From Alphaproteobacteria bacterium (GTDB taxonomy: Bacteria > Pseudomonadota > Alphaproteobacteria > UBA9219 > RFNS01): DNA of 64,000 nucleotides. The notes below the pieces were generated by a model. The model did not search any database. It worked only from the letters and a program-made list of their open reading frames with translations, and was not told the origin of the DNA. The position numbers and the translations under genes are program-made. This document shows, piece after piece, positions 9,484 to 18,718 of the stretch (its first letter is position 1; every line of letters starts with the position of its first letter). The stretch is taken from contig JBASFQ010000017.1 in the NCBI GenBank assembly GCA_049653105.1, forward strand, positions 3,304-67,303, in the 5' to 3' direction.

Positions 9484-9909
9484 TTCTGCCTACAATGACG
9501 GGTCGCAGTGTGTACCGTCAGGGGTCTTCAGCGACACAGAAGCACGCACACCGCGGCATTGAACGCATGAACCGTCGACGCATTCTCAGCATCGGATAAA
9601 TTCTCTGCTTTCGGCGACGATTACATTTTCCGCTCAGAGGAATATATGTTTATAGCGCTTGAGCTTTGCCGTAAGCTTAAATCTGGCGATCTTGTAGCTG
9701 GTGGTAATTGTTATGAGTATAAATCGAGGGCGAAAATAGTGAGATTATCGTAGGTGGCTTTGCTGGAGGTATGGCCTCACTGCTCACCAGGCTCAGCACC
9801 GTATCTTAGGGTTCCTTGCAGTCTCGCGTGCAATTGTGGGTTGATTTGTCAGTTGACATCGACGAGCATGTATTAATATATTGATATATAACGATAATAT
9901 GACTTTTAT

Positions 9910-9957
9910 TGGCGTCTCCTACGGGATTCGAACCCGTGTTACCGCCGTGAAAGGGCG
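9910..9957 (-). tRNA. tRNA-Glu(UUC) 3' fragment (anticodon arm to CCA, about positions 28-76): an att-core remnant, not a functional gene
   Basis: Reverse complement CGCCCTTTCACGGCGGTAACACGGGTTCGAATCCCGTAGGAGACGCCA nearly matches the 3' two-thirds of bacterial tRNA-Glu (anticodon loop CUUUCAC, T-arm GGTTCGAATCC, CCA encoded). The expected 5' acceptor/D-arm is absent upstream. Confidence 0.75.
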
Positions 9958-10062
9958 AAAAATAGCACATTCTGGAACATGCTGAAATTTCAAAAACCCA
10001 TGAAATCCCTATAAAACAGGCGTTTTGTGTTTCCTCTTGTATCAGGATGTTTCTCCCCGTAA

Positions 10063-10085
10063 GTTAGGCAAAAGTTAGGCAAAAA
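10063..10085 (+). promoter_or_regulatory. Tandem direct repeat GTTAGGCAAAA x2 immediately upstream of int (candidate integrase arm-type or regulatory site)
   Basis: Read directly: agttaggcaaaagttaggcaaaaa, 28 nt before the int start. Confidence 0.3.
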
Positions 10086-10112
10086 TTTTATGGCGTAAAA
10101 CAGGGGGTTTTC

Positions 10113-11402
10113 ATGGCTCGGCAGGTGCGGGATGTAAGCCTTGAGACACGGAACGCAAGACGGGCCGCGAAAGTCCGCGCCAAGCCCTATTGGCGGGCAC
10201 TGGATAGGGGATTGCACCTTGGCTACCGGAAGCGGGCAACCGGCGGCTCATGGATTGTGCGCCGCTTTACCGAAGCCGGGCGTTATTCTGAAAGCAAGCT
10301 GGGGCTGGCCGATGATATTCAAGATGCCGATGGCGTAAAAACGCTGAATTACCGGCAGGCGCAGCAAGCCGCCCGCGACTGGTATCATGCCGAAATCAGG
10401 ATTGAGCGCGGCTTAGACCCGGCCAGCACCGGCCCCTATACCGTCGCCAATGCCATGCGCGATTATCTGGCGCATTACCGCGTTGAAGGAAAGGCGGTGG
10501 TGGCAACCGAATCCGCCGTCAATTCCCATATATTGCCGGAACTGGGCGAAATTGAATTGGACAGGCTTTCGACCAAGCGCATTGCCGATTGGCACAAGGC
10601 ACTGGCAACCAGTCCGGCACGGCTTCGCACCGGCAAGGCCGCTGGCAAGCGTAACAGCCGGAAGCTGGCGACGGATGCCGAGAGCATTCGCCCGCGCCGG
10701 GCGACCGCCAATCGTGTCCTGAATATCCTGAAAGCCGCGCTTAATTATGCGTGGAAGGAAGGCCGGGTGGCCAGCGATACCGCTTGGCGCAAGGTCAAGC
10801 CTTTCAAGAATGTGGAAGCCCCCGTTATCCGCTATCTGACCGAAGCGGAATGCGTCCGGCTGGCCAATGCCTGCCCGCAGGATTTTCGGACGATGGTGCA
10901 GGCGGCAATGTTCACGGGATGCCGCTATGGGGAATTGGTGAAGCTGAAAGCGGCGGACTATAACCCCGACGCGGGCACGGTGGCGGTGCGGACAAGCAAG
11001 AGCGGCAAGCCGCGCCATGTTGTCCTGACCGATGAGGGGCGCGCACTTTTTGCACGGGCGGTGACGGGTAAAAACGGCGCGGAACTTATTTTCACCCATA
11101 ACGGCAATGCTTGGGGAAAATCGCACCAAAGCCGCCCGCTCATGCTGGCCTGCAAACAGGCGCAGATTGTTCCCGCCATATCCTTTCACGTCCTGCGGCA
11201 TACGCATGGCAGTCTGTTGGCGATGCAGGGCGTCCCGATGCCGGTGATTGCGAAACAACTTGGCCATGCCGACACGCGCATGACGGAAAAGCATTATGCC
11301 CACCTGTCACCATCCTATGTTGCCGATACCATCCGGCAGCATTTCCCGACGCTGGGCATGTTGTCCGCCAGCAACGTCGCCACGCTGGGGCGCAGGAAAT
11401 GA
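10113..11402 (+). CDS. int: Tyrosine-type site-specific integrase (phage integrase family)
   Basis: Catalytic-domain motifs RYGEL...HVLRHTHGSLLAMQGVP...LGHADTRMTEKHYAHL (R, HxxR, Y). Adjacent to the tRNA fragment. Confidence 0.9.
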   Translation: MARQVRDVSLETRNARRAAKVRAKPYWRALDRGLHLGYRKRATGGSWIVRRFTEAGRYSESKLGLADDIQDADGVKTLNYRQAQQAARDWYHAEIRIERGLDPASTGPYTVANAMRDYLAHYRVEGKAVVATESAVNSHILPELGEIELDRLSTKRIADWHKALATSPARLRTGKAAGKRNSRKLATDAESIRPRRATANRVLNILKAALNYAWKEGRVASDTAWRKVKPFKNVEAPVIRYLTEAECVRLANACPQDFRTMVQAAMFTGCRYGELVKLKAADYNPDAGTVAVRTSKSGKPRHVVLTDEGRALFARAVTGKNGAELIFTHNGNAWGKSHQSRPLMLACKQAQIVPAISFHVLRHTHGSLLAMQGVPMPVIAKQLGHADTRMTEKHYAHLSPSYVADTIRQHFPTLGMLSASNVATLGRRK

Positions 11403-11590
11403 GCAAGTCTATCCTGCAGTGTTTGAAAATTGCCTGTGCGCCGTGGGCTGATTTACCCCGCCTATTGCGTGTGTCGGGTGCGACGAAACGGATAACAAAC
11501 AGTTAAGCCAAGCGGCATCACGATGCCGATAATCACCTTGACACAAACAGCCCCATTGGGGCATATTGGGACACGCAGGGAAACAGACAG

Positions 11591-11929
11591 ATGCAGACTG
11601 TAGCCGAAACGGCTTATTACGCGCAGCGCGCCGCCAAATTGTTGTCCGGAGCCGAGCGGGATGCCGTCATTAAGACGGTGGCCGCCGATCCATTGGCGGG
11701 GGATTTGATACAGGGAACCGGCGGGCTGCGCAAACTGCGTTTCGGCAAAGGCGGGCGCGGCAAGAGTGGCGGGGTGCGGGTGATTTATTACTACTATGAT
11801 GAAGCGATGCCGATATTCATGGTTGATATATTCGGCAAGAACGAAAAAAGCGATTTAAGCCAAGCCGAGCGCAATAGTTTGGCCAAGCTGGTCGCGGTGA
11901 TGAAGGGCAACCGGAGGAGAGTATCATGA
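11591..11929 (+). CDS. Type II toxin, RelE/ParE superfamily (Gp49 / HigB-2-like)
   Basis: GGVRVIYYYYDEAMPIFMVDIFGKNEKSDLSQAERNSL is typical of Gp49-like killer proteins. 4-nt ATGA overlap with the downstream HTH gene. Confidence 0.7.
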   Translation: MQTVAETAYYAQRAAKLLSGAERDAVIKTVAADPLAGDLIQGTGGLRKLRFGKGGRGKSGGVRVIYYYYDEAMPIFMVDIFGKNEKSDLSQAERNSLAKLVAVMKGNRRRVS

Positions 11930-12228
11930 GCAAGAAAGCCTATGAAAGTATCGCCATGGGTTTGCGCGACGCTATCGCCTATGTGCATGGCGACAAGACC
12001 GCCGTTGCCCGCGTCGTCACCGTTAAACCTGTGGACATTAAGACTGCACGCAAGAGCTTGGGGTTAAGCCGCGACGCCTTCGCGCATACTTTCGGTCTTA
12101 GCCCGGCAACCCTGCGTAAATGGGAAAACGGCGAACGCCAACCCACCGGCGCGGCCCGCGCCTTGTTGACCATCATCGCCCGCGAACCGCAAGCGGCCTT
12201 GCGGGCGATAGGCGCAACGGGAGCGTGA
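11926..12228 (+). CDS. XRE-family HTH antitoxin (HigA-2-like)
   Basis: HTH segment LGLSRDAFAHTFGLSPATLRKWENGERQPTGAARALL; translationally coupled to the toxin gene. Confidence 0.7.
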   Translation: MSKKAYESIAMGLRDAIAYVHGDKTAVARVVTVKPVDIKTARKSLGLSRDAFAHTFGLSPATLRKWENGERQPTGAARALLTIIAREPQAALRAIGATGA

Positions 12229-12240
12229 AGGATTGCACAA

Positions 12241-12516
12241 ATGAAAACCGTGAAGCCGGTGGCGGCCAGCATCAAGAAATGGATGAAGGAACCGAAATTC
12301 CGCGCCGCCTATGACGCGCTGGAGCCGGAATACGCACTGGCGGGGGCGATGATTGAGGCGCGGGCGAAGTCCGGGTTAAGTCAGGCGCAATTGGCGCGGC
12401 GCACCGGCAGAGTAAGGCCGGAAATCGTGCAAGAACGCGCCGGAAAACCTTTCGCCGTGCCGCACATACGGGAACAGAAGCCAAGAAATTCTGAAGACAA
12501 GCCGGTGATTGAGTAA
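12241..12516 (+). pseudogene. Second XRE/HigA-like antitoxin gene with a degenerate C-terminus (probably frameshifted)
   Basis: The N-terminal 60 aa (MKTVKPVAASIKKWMKEPKFRAAYDALEPEYALAGAMIEARAKSGLSQAQLARRTG) look like the HigA N-terminus, but the second HTH helix is replaced by an unrelated basic tail. Confidence 0.4.
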
Positions 12517-12533
12517 AAACTTCGGATAGAGCC

Positions 12534-13223
12534 ATGACCAAAAAGCATCAAGAAGGAAACTTCTGCAAGGCTGTCTGCGATATGCCCCGGCTGCGGAGTA
12601 AATTACACGAATGCAAAGAATTACAACTATCAGAACGCACCATCCGCGAACTTGAATTGAGCACGCAAGAAGCAATCAAAATATATTTTGCTAAACCCAC
12701 CAAGCACCTACGACCATCTCATGTCGCACGGAAAATATCCGCTATGGCGAATAGCCTAAAGAAAGTGGCGGGAATAATGGAAGAAGTCGGAGAGCATGGG
12801 ATGATGTTTCTGTGGGCAGCATCTAATGTAAACCGAGAAGTGGATTCTATGGACTGGAAATGCCATTATGCATATCTGCATCGCATGGCGCGTTGGGCTG
12901 AAAGCGCAGCCATAACATCAAAAGAACATAGCGCGTCACAGGAAGATCACAAGGGTGGACGGACACCGGATGAAAACCTAAATAGCCTGATAGTTATTTT
13001 GATGAGTCGCTTCCACGAAGTCTTATCCCTGCGCCCGACACATACGGTCGCGCCAGAGACAGGATTAGGAACAAGCATTTTTGACATGTATGTCAAAGAG
13101 GCATTCGAGTGCTTCGCTCCCGACGCGGTGCCGGAATCCCGTTGCATAGATGAGGCAATTGTAAGAGCATTACCCAGCCGCGATTCTAAGCTATTTACTC
13201 CCCCGCCATTTCCTGATGAATAG
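12534..13223 (+). CDS. Hypothetical protein, low-GC cargo gene inside the GC-rich integrative element
   Basis: 229-aa ORF; local GC is clearly below the flanking phage-like genes; no motif recognised. Confidence 0.45.
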   Translation: MTKKHQEGNFCKAVCDMPRLRSKLHECKELQLSERTIRELELSTQEAIKIYFAKPTKHLRPSHVARKISAMANSLKKVAGIMEEVGEHGMMFLWAASNVNREVDSMDWKCHYAYLHRMARWAESAAITSKEHSASQEDHKGGRTPDENLNSLIVILMSRFHEVLSLRPTHTVAPETGLGTSIFDMYVKEAFECFAPDAVPESRCIDEAIVRALPSRDSKLFTPPPFPDE

Positions 13224-13323
13224 CGTGCAATTTTGTCTGAGTTCGTGCTTTAGCTTTTTTCCGCAGGAATTTTAACTTGGCTCCGTAAACACCGCGCTGT
13301 GCGGTGAAGCTACGGAGGACAAC

Positions 13324-13521
13324 ATGAACAACATCGAACGGGAATTGCTTCCAATCCCGGAATTTATTGCCAAATTCGCTATCAGCAGAACAAGCGTCTA
13401 TCGGGAAATCGCCGCCGGGCGTTTGCGGATGACCAAACGCGGATCGCGCAGCTTTATCGCCCGGCAAGACGCACAGACATGGCTTGAAACCTTGCGCACG
13501 AATAGCGGGGGGCGGCCATGA
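13324..13521 (+). CDS. alpA: AlpA-family DNA-binding protein (excisionase/regulator-like)
   Basis: 65 aa: ...PEFIAKFAISRTSVYREIAAGRLRMTKRGSRSFIARQDAQTWLE (MerR/AlpA-type HTH). Overlaps the downstream primase gene. Confidence 0.6.
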   Translation: MNNIERELLPIPEFIAKFAISRTSVYREIAAGRLRMTKRGSRSFIARQDAQTWLETLRTNSGGRP

Positions 13522-14408
13522 CCCTGCAAAAAGAAAGCCGCGCCGGTGCGAACGGCGCGGCTTCACTTCAGCAAAATAAGCCTGTAAATCTTAGCGTTTC
13601 TGAAGAAAAAAGCAAGATTATCACGCCACAAACTCCAATGTTGGCAATAGCACTTGAGCTTACCAAACAAGGCTTGCCGGTCTTCCCTTGTTCGGCATCA
13701 AAAGTGCCAACTTGTCCCAGCGGGTTCAAGGCAGCCTCCAGTAATCCCGACGAAGTGCGGCGACTGTGGGCACAATATCCCGGCATTCTTGCCGGAGTGC
13801 CCACCGGAACTATTTCCGGGATTGCTGCACTTGATATTGACCCGCGTCATGGCGGCAACCAATGGCTGGCTGAATACGCACCCAAGCTACCAAAAACACG
13901 CACCAATCGGACGCGCAGCGGTGGGGTACACTTTATTTTTCAGCACCCAAGTGGATTGCGGAACTCCACCAGTCGCATTGCCCCCGGCGTCGATGTTCGC
14001 GCTGAAGGTGGTTGCGTTATTTGGTGGCCTGCCGCCGGTTTGCCTATCCTTGACGACACGCCACCAGCCCCTTGGCCAGAATGGCTGCTAACGATGGCAT
14101 TGCCCCCACCGCTGCCGCCGCCGCAACACAACCCTGTGCCATCGGTTGATTATGGCAATGTTGGAAATGCTTATGCCCACGCTGCATTGCGTCGCGCAGC
14201 AGCGAACGTGGCGGCGGCAGCAGAAGGAACGCGCAACAGCACGTTAAACCGCGAAAGCTGGGCACTTATGCGCTTTGTCGCCACCGGCTTGCTTGATCCC
14301 CAAGCCGTTGCCGATACGCTAACCACGGCAGCATTTTCTGCCGGACTTAGTCGCGGGGAAACCATCGCCACCCTAACCAGCGTTTTACGCGCCAGGGGGA
14401 TTGCATGA
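13518..14408 (+). CDS. Bifunctional DNA primase/polymerase (PrimPol) N-terminal domain protein
   Basis: LPVFPC...GIAALDIDPRHGG...GGVHFIFQHP...GVDVRAEGGCVIWWPAAG, then a Pro-rich linker. This is the typical P4-like/integrative-element replication gene. Confidence 0.65.
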   Translation: MTLQKESRAGANGAASLQQNKPVNLSVSEEKSKIITPQTPMLAIALELTKQGLPVFPCSASKVPTCPSGFKAASSNPDEVRRLWAQYPGILAGVPTGTISGIAALDIDPRHGGNQWLAEYAPKLPKTRTNRTRSGGVHFIFQHPSGLRNSTSRIAPGVDVRAEGGCVIWWPAAGLPILDDTPPAPWPEWLLTMALPPPLPPPQHNPVPSVDYGNVGNAYAHAALRRAAANVAAAAEGTRNSTLNRESWALMRFVATGLLDPQAVADTLTTAAFSAGLSRGETIATLTSVLRARGIA

Positions 14409-15955
14409 TGGACAAAGCGGAACAGATTGCCAGACAGGCGGCGCAATTTTCGGAAAATCCCCATAGTCCAGCGGCGTGGCCGGAACCACTGCCACTATTG
14501 GCACAGATAGCACCAGAGCCTTACCCTTTGGATGCCCTGCCCACGACGATGCAAGCGGCGGTCAAGGAAGTGCAAGCCTTCACCAAAACGCCAGTTGCGC
14601 TTGTGGCGGCTTCGGCACTGGGCGCATTGTCGGTTGCGGCGCAGGCCTATGTTGATGTGAAACGCGCTGAAAAACTCTGTGGTTCCGTCGGTGTGTTTCT
14701 GCTGACCATAGCGGATAGCGGTGAACGCAAAACCACCCTTGACGGTTTTTTCACTTCGGCAATTCGTGACTATGAACGCAACCAAGCGTTGTTAGCTAAA
14801 CCCGTGTTGGATAAATACAGGGTGGATATTGATATTTGGGCAACCGAACGCGCCGGGTTGCTGGAGAAAATCAAGCAAGGCATTAAAAAACAAACCGACA
14901 CCAGCGAGCAGAGAACACGGTTGCACACGCTAGAGGCAAGAAAACCGATGCCGCCGCGTGTTCCCCAGTTGTTGCGCGGCGATGATACGCCAGAAAATCT
15001 GGCCTGGGTCTTGGCGCAACAATGGCCTTCGGCTGGGGTAATTTCAAGCGAAGCGGGCATCATCTTCGGCGCACATAGCATGGGGCAAGATTCGATCATG
15101 CGGAATCTGGCCTTGCTGAATATTCTTTGGGATGGCGGTACGTTGTCTATCGGGCGGCGCACTTCCGAATCCTTTACCGTGCAAGGGGCGCGGTTGACGG
15201 TAGGTCTGCAAATTCAGCAAAGCACTTTGCGAAGTTTTTTCAGCCGTTCCGGTGGCTTGCCGCGTGGCACGGGTTTTCTTGCAAGGATGCTGCTGTCATG
15301 GCCTGTATCCACGCAAGGATACCGTCCTTTTACCGAACCACCCGAAGAGTGGCCAGCCTTGGCCGCATTTAACCAGCGCATTGCCGCGATATTGGCAAAT
15401 CCCGCGCCGGTGGATGCAATGGGCGCACTTAGTCCGGCAATACTGACCATGACGCCGGAAGCAAAAGCGGGATGGGTCATTTTCCACGACACCATAGAAC
15501 GCGAACTTAGAAAAGGTGGTGAACTTTACGACGTGCGCGATGTGGCGGCAAAAACCGCCGATAATGCCGCACGACTGGCGGCACTATTTCATGTCCTGGA
15601 ATATGGCTTAGACGGAACTATCGGCACAGAATCTTTCAACGGCGCAAGCCGCATTGCCGCATGGCATTTGAATGAGGCGCGGCGGTTCTTCGGGGAACTC
15701 GCTTTGTCCGAAGCGGCAGCGGATTCAATTCAGCTGAATAACTGGCTGCTGGATTATTGCCACAAAGCTGGCGCGAACAGCGTTTCACGCCGCGAAGTGC
15801 AACAATTTATCACTCCGACGCATTTGCGCGAACGGGAAAAGCTTAACCGGGCTTTGCTGGAATTGACTGAATTAGAACGCATTCGGGAAATCAGCACCGG
15901 AAAGCGAAAGGATATTTTGGTCAATCCCTGCTTACTGAGAAAGGCCAGCCAATGA
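14405..15955 (+). CDS. DUF3987-domain protein (primase-associated, helicase-like replication protein of integrative elements)
   Basis: 516 aa, overlapping the PrimPol stop. The conserved block GSVGVFLLTIADSGERKTTLDGFFTS and the overall architecture resemble YfjI/DUF3987 proteins that follow PrimPol genes. Confidence 0.6.
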   Translation: MMDKAEQIARQAAQFSENPHSPAAWPEPLPLLAQIAPEPYPLDALPTTMQAAVKEVQAFTKTPVALVAASALGALSVAAQAYVDVKRAEKLCGSVGVFLLTIADSGERKTTLDGFFTSAIRDYERNQALLAKPVLDKYRVDIDIWATERAGLLEKIKQGIKKQTDTSEQRTRLHTLEARKPMPPRVPQLLRGDDTPENLAWVLAQQWPSAGVISSEAGIIFGAHSMGQDSIMRNLALLNILWDGGTLSIGRRTSESFTVQGARLTVGLQIQQSTLRSFFSRSGGLPRGTGFLARMLLSWPVSTQGYRPFTEPPEEWPALAAFNQRIAAILANPAPVDAMGALSPAILTMTPEAKAGWVIFHDTIERELRKGGELYDVRDVAAKTADNAARLAALFHVLEYGLDGTIGTESFNGASRIAAWHLNEARRFFGELALSEAAADSIQLNNWLLDYCHKAGANSVSRREVQQFITPTHLREREKLNRALLELTELERIREISTGKRKDILVNPCLLRKASQ

Positions 15956-16503
15956 GGTTAGCGGAACTTATCAAGCATGGCGTTACCGTCGGAGTTGCTA
16001 CAGCTACACCCGCTACAATGGCTACACACGGCGAACAATTGGCCGCTAGTGTAGCGACAGTAGCAATTGTAGCTGTAGCGAAAGCTGAAAACTCAATTTC
16101 GCAAGAAGCCTGGGATGAACGTGCGGCAATCATCGCCGCCAATGGAATTCCTGACGCTTGGGCGGAAGGCTATGCCACGCTTTGCACCATGCCCTGCCCA
16201 GCGGCCTTTGTGCCGGAACGATGGCAACAGTTGGTGGACGATGGCGGGTACTTTCTTGACCGCTGGGGCAGGCAAGCGGCGTTGCTGGGCTGGCGGGCGG
16301 TGGACGTGTTCGGCGTCGATCCGGTAAGGCCGGAGACCGTTTACCGCAGCATGGGGCTTGTGTCGCTACTCGCTGGTAGGGCCGTCTGCGCCATTACCAC
16401 AGACGCGGCACGAATTGACTGCGGAAATGGGATCACACAATCATTCCGTCGTCGTGCAACATCGTGCGGTGCGGTTTCGCTCTGGAATCTTGAGCGCGGT
16501 TAA
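15952..16503 (+). CDS. Hypothetical phage-related protein
   Basis: 183-aa ORF translationally coupled to the DUF3987 gene. Confidence 0.4.
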   Translation: MRLAELIKHGVTVGVATATPATMATHGEQLAASVATVAIVAVAKAENSISQEAWDERAAIIAANGIPDAWAEGYATLCTMPCPAAFVPERWQQLVDDGGYFLDRWGRQAALLGWRAVDVFGVDPVRPETVYRSMGLVSLLAGRAVCAITTDAARIDCGNGITQSFRRRATSCGAVSLWNLERG

Positions 16504-16544
16504 TAAGGTAAATTGCCGTTTGAATTTAATCAAAGGAAATCAAA

Positions 16545-16910
16545 ATGTCAGGTCGAGGTGGTGCAAGGGCAAGAGCCGGACGAAAGAAGGGCAGCTTGAC
16601 GACTCGCACCCGGAAGATTGCGGAAGAAGCCATAGAAGACGGTATAACTCCGCTGGAGGTTATGCTGAAAGCGATGCGGCTTTACCTGCGGCAGGGCAAC
16701 CTGCTTGAAGCGGTGGTCATCGCAAGGCATGCCGCGCCCTATGTGTATCCAAGAATTGCTCCCAGCGAAACGACGAAGGAACAATGGGAAGAAGAACGGC
16801 GGCGAGAACAAGAGCGAAACATGGAATCTGCCATGAAAGCAGCTGAAGCTGCGATCAAGGCTTCGAGAAAGCATTTTGAGGAAATACAGTCTCCCGAAAA
16901 GGGTTCGTAA
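16545..16910 (+). CDS. Hypothetical small basic protein (possible DNA-binding / small-terminase-like)
   Basis: Basic N-terminus MSGRGGARARAGRKKGS, an acidic helical C-terminus, and AGGAAATCAAA before the ATG. Confidence 0.35.
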   Translation: MSGRGGARARAGRKKGSLTTRTRKIAEEAIEDGITPLEVMLKAMRLYLRQGNLLEAVVIARHAAPYVYPRIAPSETTKEQWEEERRREQERNMESAMKAAEAAIKASRKHFEEIQSPEKGS

Positions 16911-16978
16911 ATCCCCACACCATACAGCCGCATCCAATTCTGTCACTGAAACTAATTTTTACCCGACCCGCCAATTTT

Positions 16979-17425
16979 TTACTTCTTGTTCTTATGCTTC
17001 TTTGGCGCTGGGGCTTCAACCACAGGCGGCGGTGGGGGCGGCGGCAACGGATTCAACGTCAGATTGACGGGGCTATCATATTTGTTATCCGCACCCGTCG
17101 CGCTATCAACGCCCCAGCCAATGAGGCCACCAGCAACTATGTTGCCAACCGTTGCGCCAGCCACGCCAGATTTGTTCATGTAGGTGGCCTTGTCATAGCC
17201 CTCTTTCGCACATTCGATGGTCATATCGTATTTCGTTTTTTCGATATAAATCCCCCCAGGCGTTGGATTCACATGACCAAGCGGTGTACCGTTGCGTATC
17301 AGGGTGCAATCCGCACCTGCGGGGTTCGTGTTGATCGTGATTTGCTGCGAACGGCCTTCAATGATGCTCGCGCAGCCGCTAAGCAGTATAACGCAAGCCA
17401 ATGCGCCGCCAATGCGTGGGGTCAT
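16979..17425 (-). CDS. Lipoprotein (lipobox LLSGC)
   Basis: Start likely MTPRIGGALACVILLSGC, with a C-terminal poly-Pro/Lys tail. Confidence 0.5.
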   Translation of the reverse strand: MTPRIGGALACVILLSGCASIIEGRSQQITINTNPAGADCTLIRNGTPLGHVNPTPGGIYIEKTKYDMTIECAKEGYDKATYMNKSGVAGATVGNIVAGGLIGWGVDSATGADNKYDSPVNLTLNPLPPPPPPPVVEAPAPKKHKNKK

Positions 17426-17523
17426 GTCAATCTCTGGGGAACGATGTTTCCACTTATTCAAGGCTCCAGCGTTGCACTGGCGCAAAATGAGATTATGATT
17501 AAGACGGTGCTTGAGTCAATTCA

Positions 17524-18591
17524 CTAAGTCTGGCCGTGGTCGTGTTGTATTTTATTGCGAGGGTATAATAATCGATAAATGAGAAACCCTGCCCCTGCTC
17601 GTACCAAGCCCAAAAATAATGCGAATAAGCTTCCAAGGATCGCCCACCCTCTATGAACGTAAGCGCGAACGTTGTCTTCTGTCCAGCACTCCCTCTCCCT
17701 GCTGATGCCGTCACAGACCAGAACTCCGTCCTGGATTGATGTGTGGGACAAAAACAACGCATCGTGAAGTGGATCGGTGGCAAAGCTCAAGGCGAAATAG
17801 ACGACAACCGCCGAAATTATCGCAATTGTCGGTCTGATTTTTTCTATGCGTAATCCGATCCTCTTCATCAATGGCATGGCGTCGTGCAGTGGGACGGTCG
17901 GCTGTGGCGTAGGGAACGGTGCTGGATTGCGCGGCAACACAATCTCTGGTGGCGCGGCTGGCGGGCTAGGGGGCGTGGTCGTGGCTGGCGTGGCATCGCC
18001 GACACCATTAAGCGCGTTGAGTGTTGCTAAGACATCATCGCCATACAACCCGGTTCTGACCCGGTTCCCGGCTTGATCTACAATAAAAAAGTCGTATGTT
18101 TCAAAATTGTAAACAGGCCGGTATTTCGGTTGCGCCGAAGATGACGTGGCTGGGGGCGGCGGTTCCGGCGCAACGCCTTCTCCCGACGGCGGCGGTTCAG
18201 GGACGATTCCCTCGTCGAAAATGGGCATCTGTCTGTTGCTAATAAAACCCCGCACCACTGGAACGAGCGCACAAACGAATGTTACGAGCGACGCAGTAAC
18301 TCCGATTTCAGGAATGTATCCAAAATAAAACACGCTCCCAAGTGTGAGAGCTGCCGCTGCACCTAACGCAGCATATGCCCACTGAAGGCGCAATGATGGC
18401 TGAATCTTCAGCATTGCCGCCTCTGCAAAGATTGAGCCAATGAGCGAGGAGAGAAACGCAACAAGTCCTTGCGAAGCTGTCTTGCTCGGACTTACATCCC
18501 AGAACCAAAAACCGAATATTTGCCCGAACAGGAAAATGATCAGCCATACGGCAAAGCCAGCCGCCATCGTTAATGGAGTTTTATCTATCAT
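17524..18591 (-). CDS. Membrane protein with a Pro-rich linker
   Basis: About 5 N-terminal TM helices, a PEPPPS/PPSPPAAPP low-complexity linker, and 2 C-terminal TM helices. Confidence 0.45.
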   Translation of the reverse strand: MIDKTPLTMAAGFAVWLIIFLFGQIFGFWFWDVSPSKTASQGLVAFLSSLIGSIFAEAAMLKIQPSLRLQWAYAALGAAAALTLGSVFYFGYIPEIGVTASLVTFVCALVPVVRGFISNRQMPIFDEGIVPEPPPSGEGVAPEPPPPATSSSAQPKYRPVYNFETYDFFIVDQAGNRVRTGLYGDDVLATLNALNGVGDATPATTTPPSPPAAPPEIVLPRNPAPFPTPQPTVPLHDAMPLMKRIGLRIEKIRPTIAIISAVVVYFALSFATDPLHDALFLSHTSIQDGVLVCDGISRERECWTEDNVRAYVHRGWAILGSLFALFLGLVRAGAGFLIYRLLYPRNKIQHDHGQT

Positions 18592-18718
18592 GCTGCCACG
18601 TCAAGCCCTTCCTTGATCCGATTTCCGTCTTTTTGATCTCAGAAAAATCAATGGCATAAAAATTGAAAATTGTTCGATATTCCGGCGTGACTATTTGATG
18701 CGGCATCTTCAATCCGCG

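Noticed and set aside
9958-10112. 5' portion of tRNA-Glu upstream of the 3' fragment (a complete tRNA-Glu)
   Set aside because: The expected acceptor or D-arm sequence (GTCCCCTTCGTCTAGAGG-like) is absent; the sequence is AT-rich, island-type DNA. No second tRNA-Glu or T-arm motif (GGTTCGAATCC) was found elsewhere in the window by eye.
10141-11406. Antisense and alternative-frame ORFs overlapping the integrase gene (10413-11303 minus, 11111-11506 plus)
   Set aside because: Same GC-driven artefact; the integrase frame carries all catalytic motifs.
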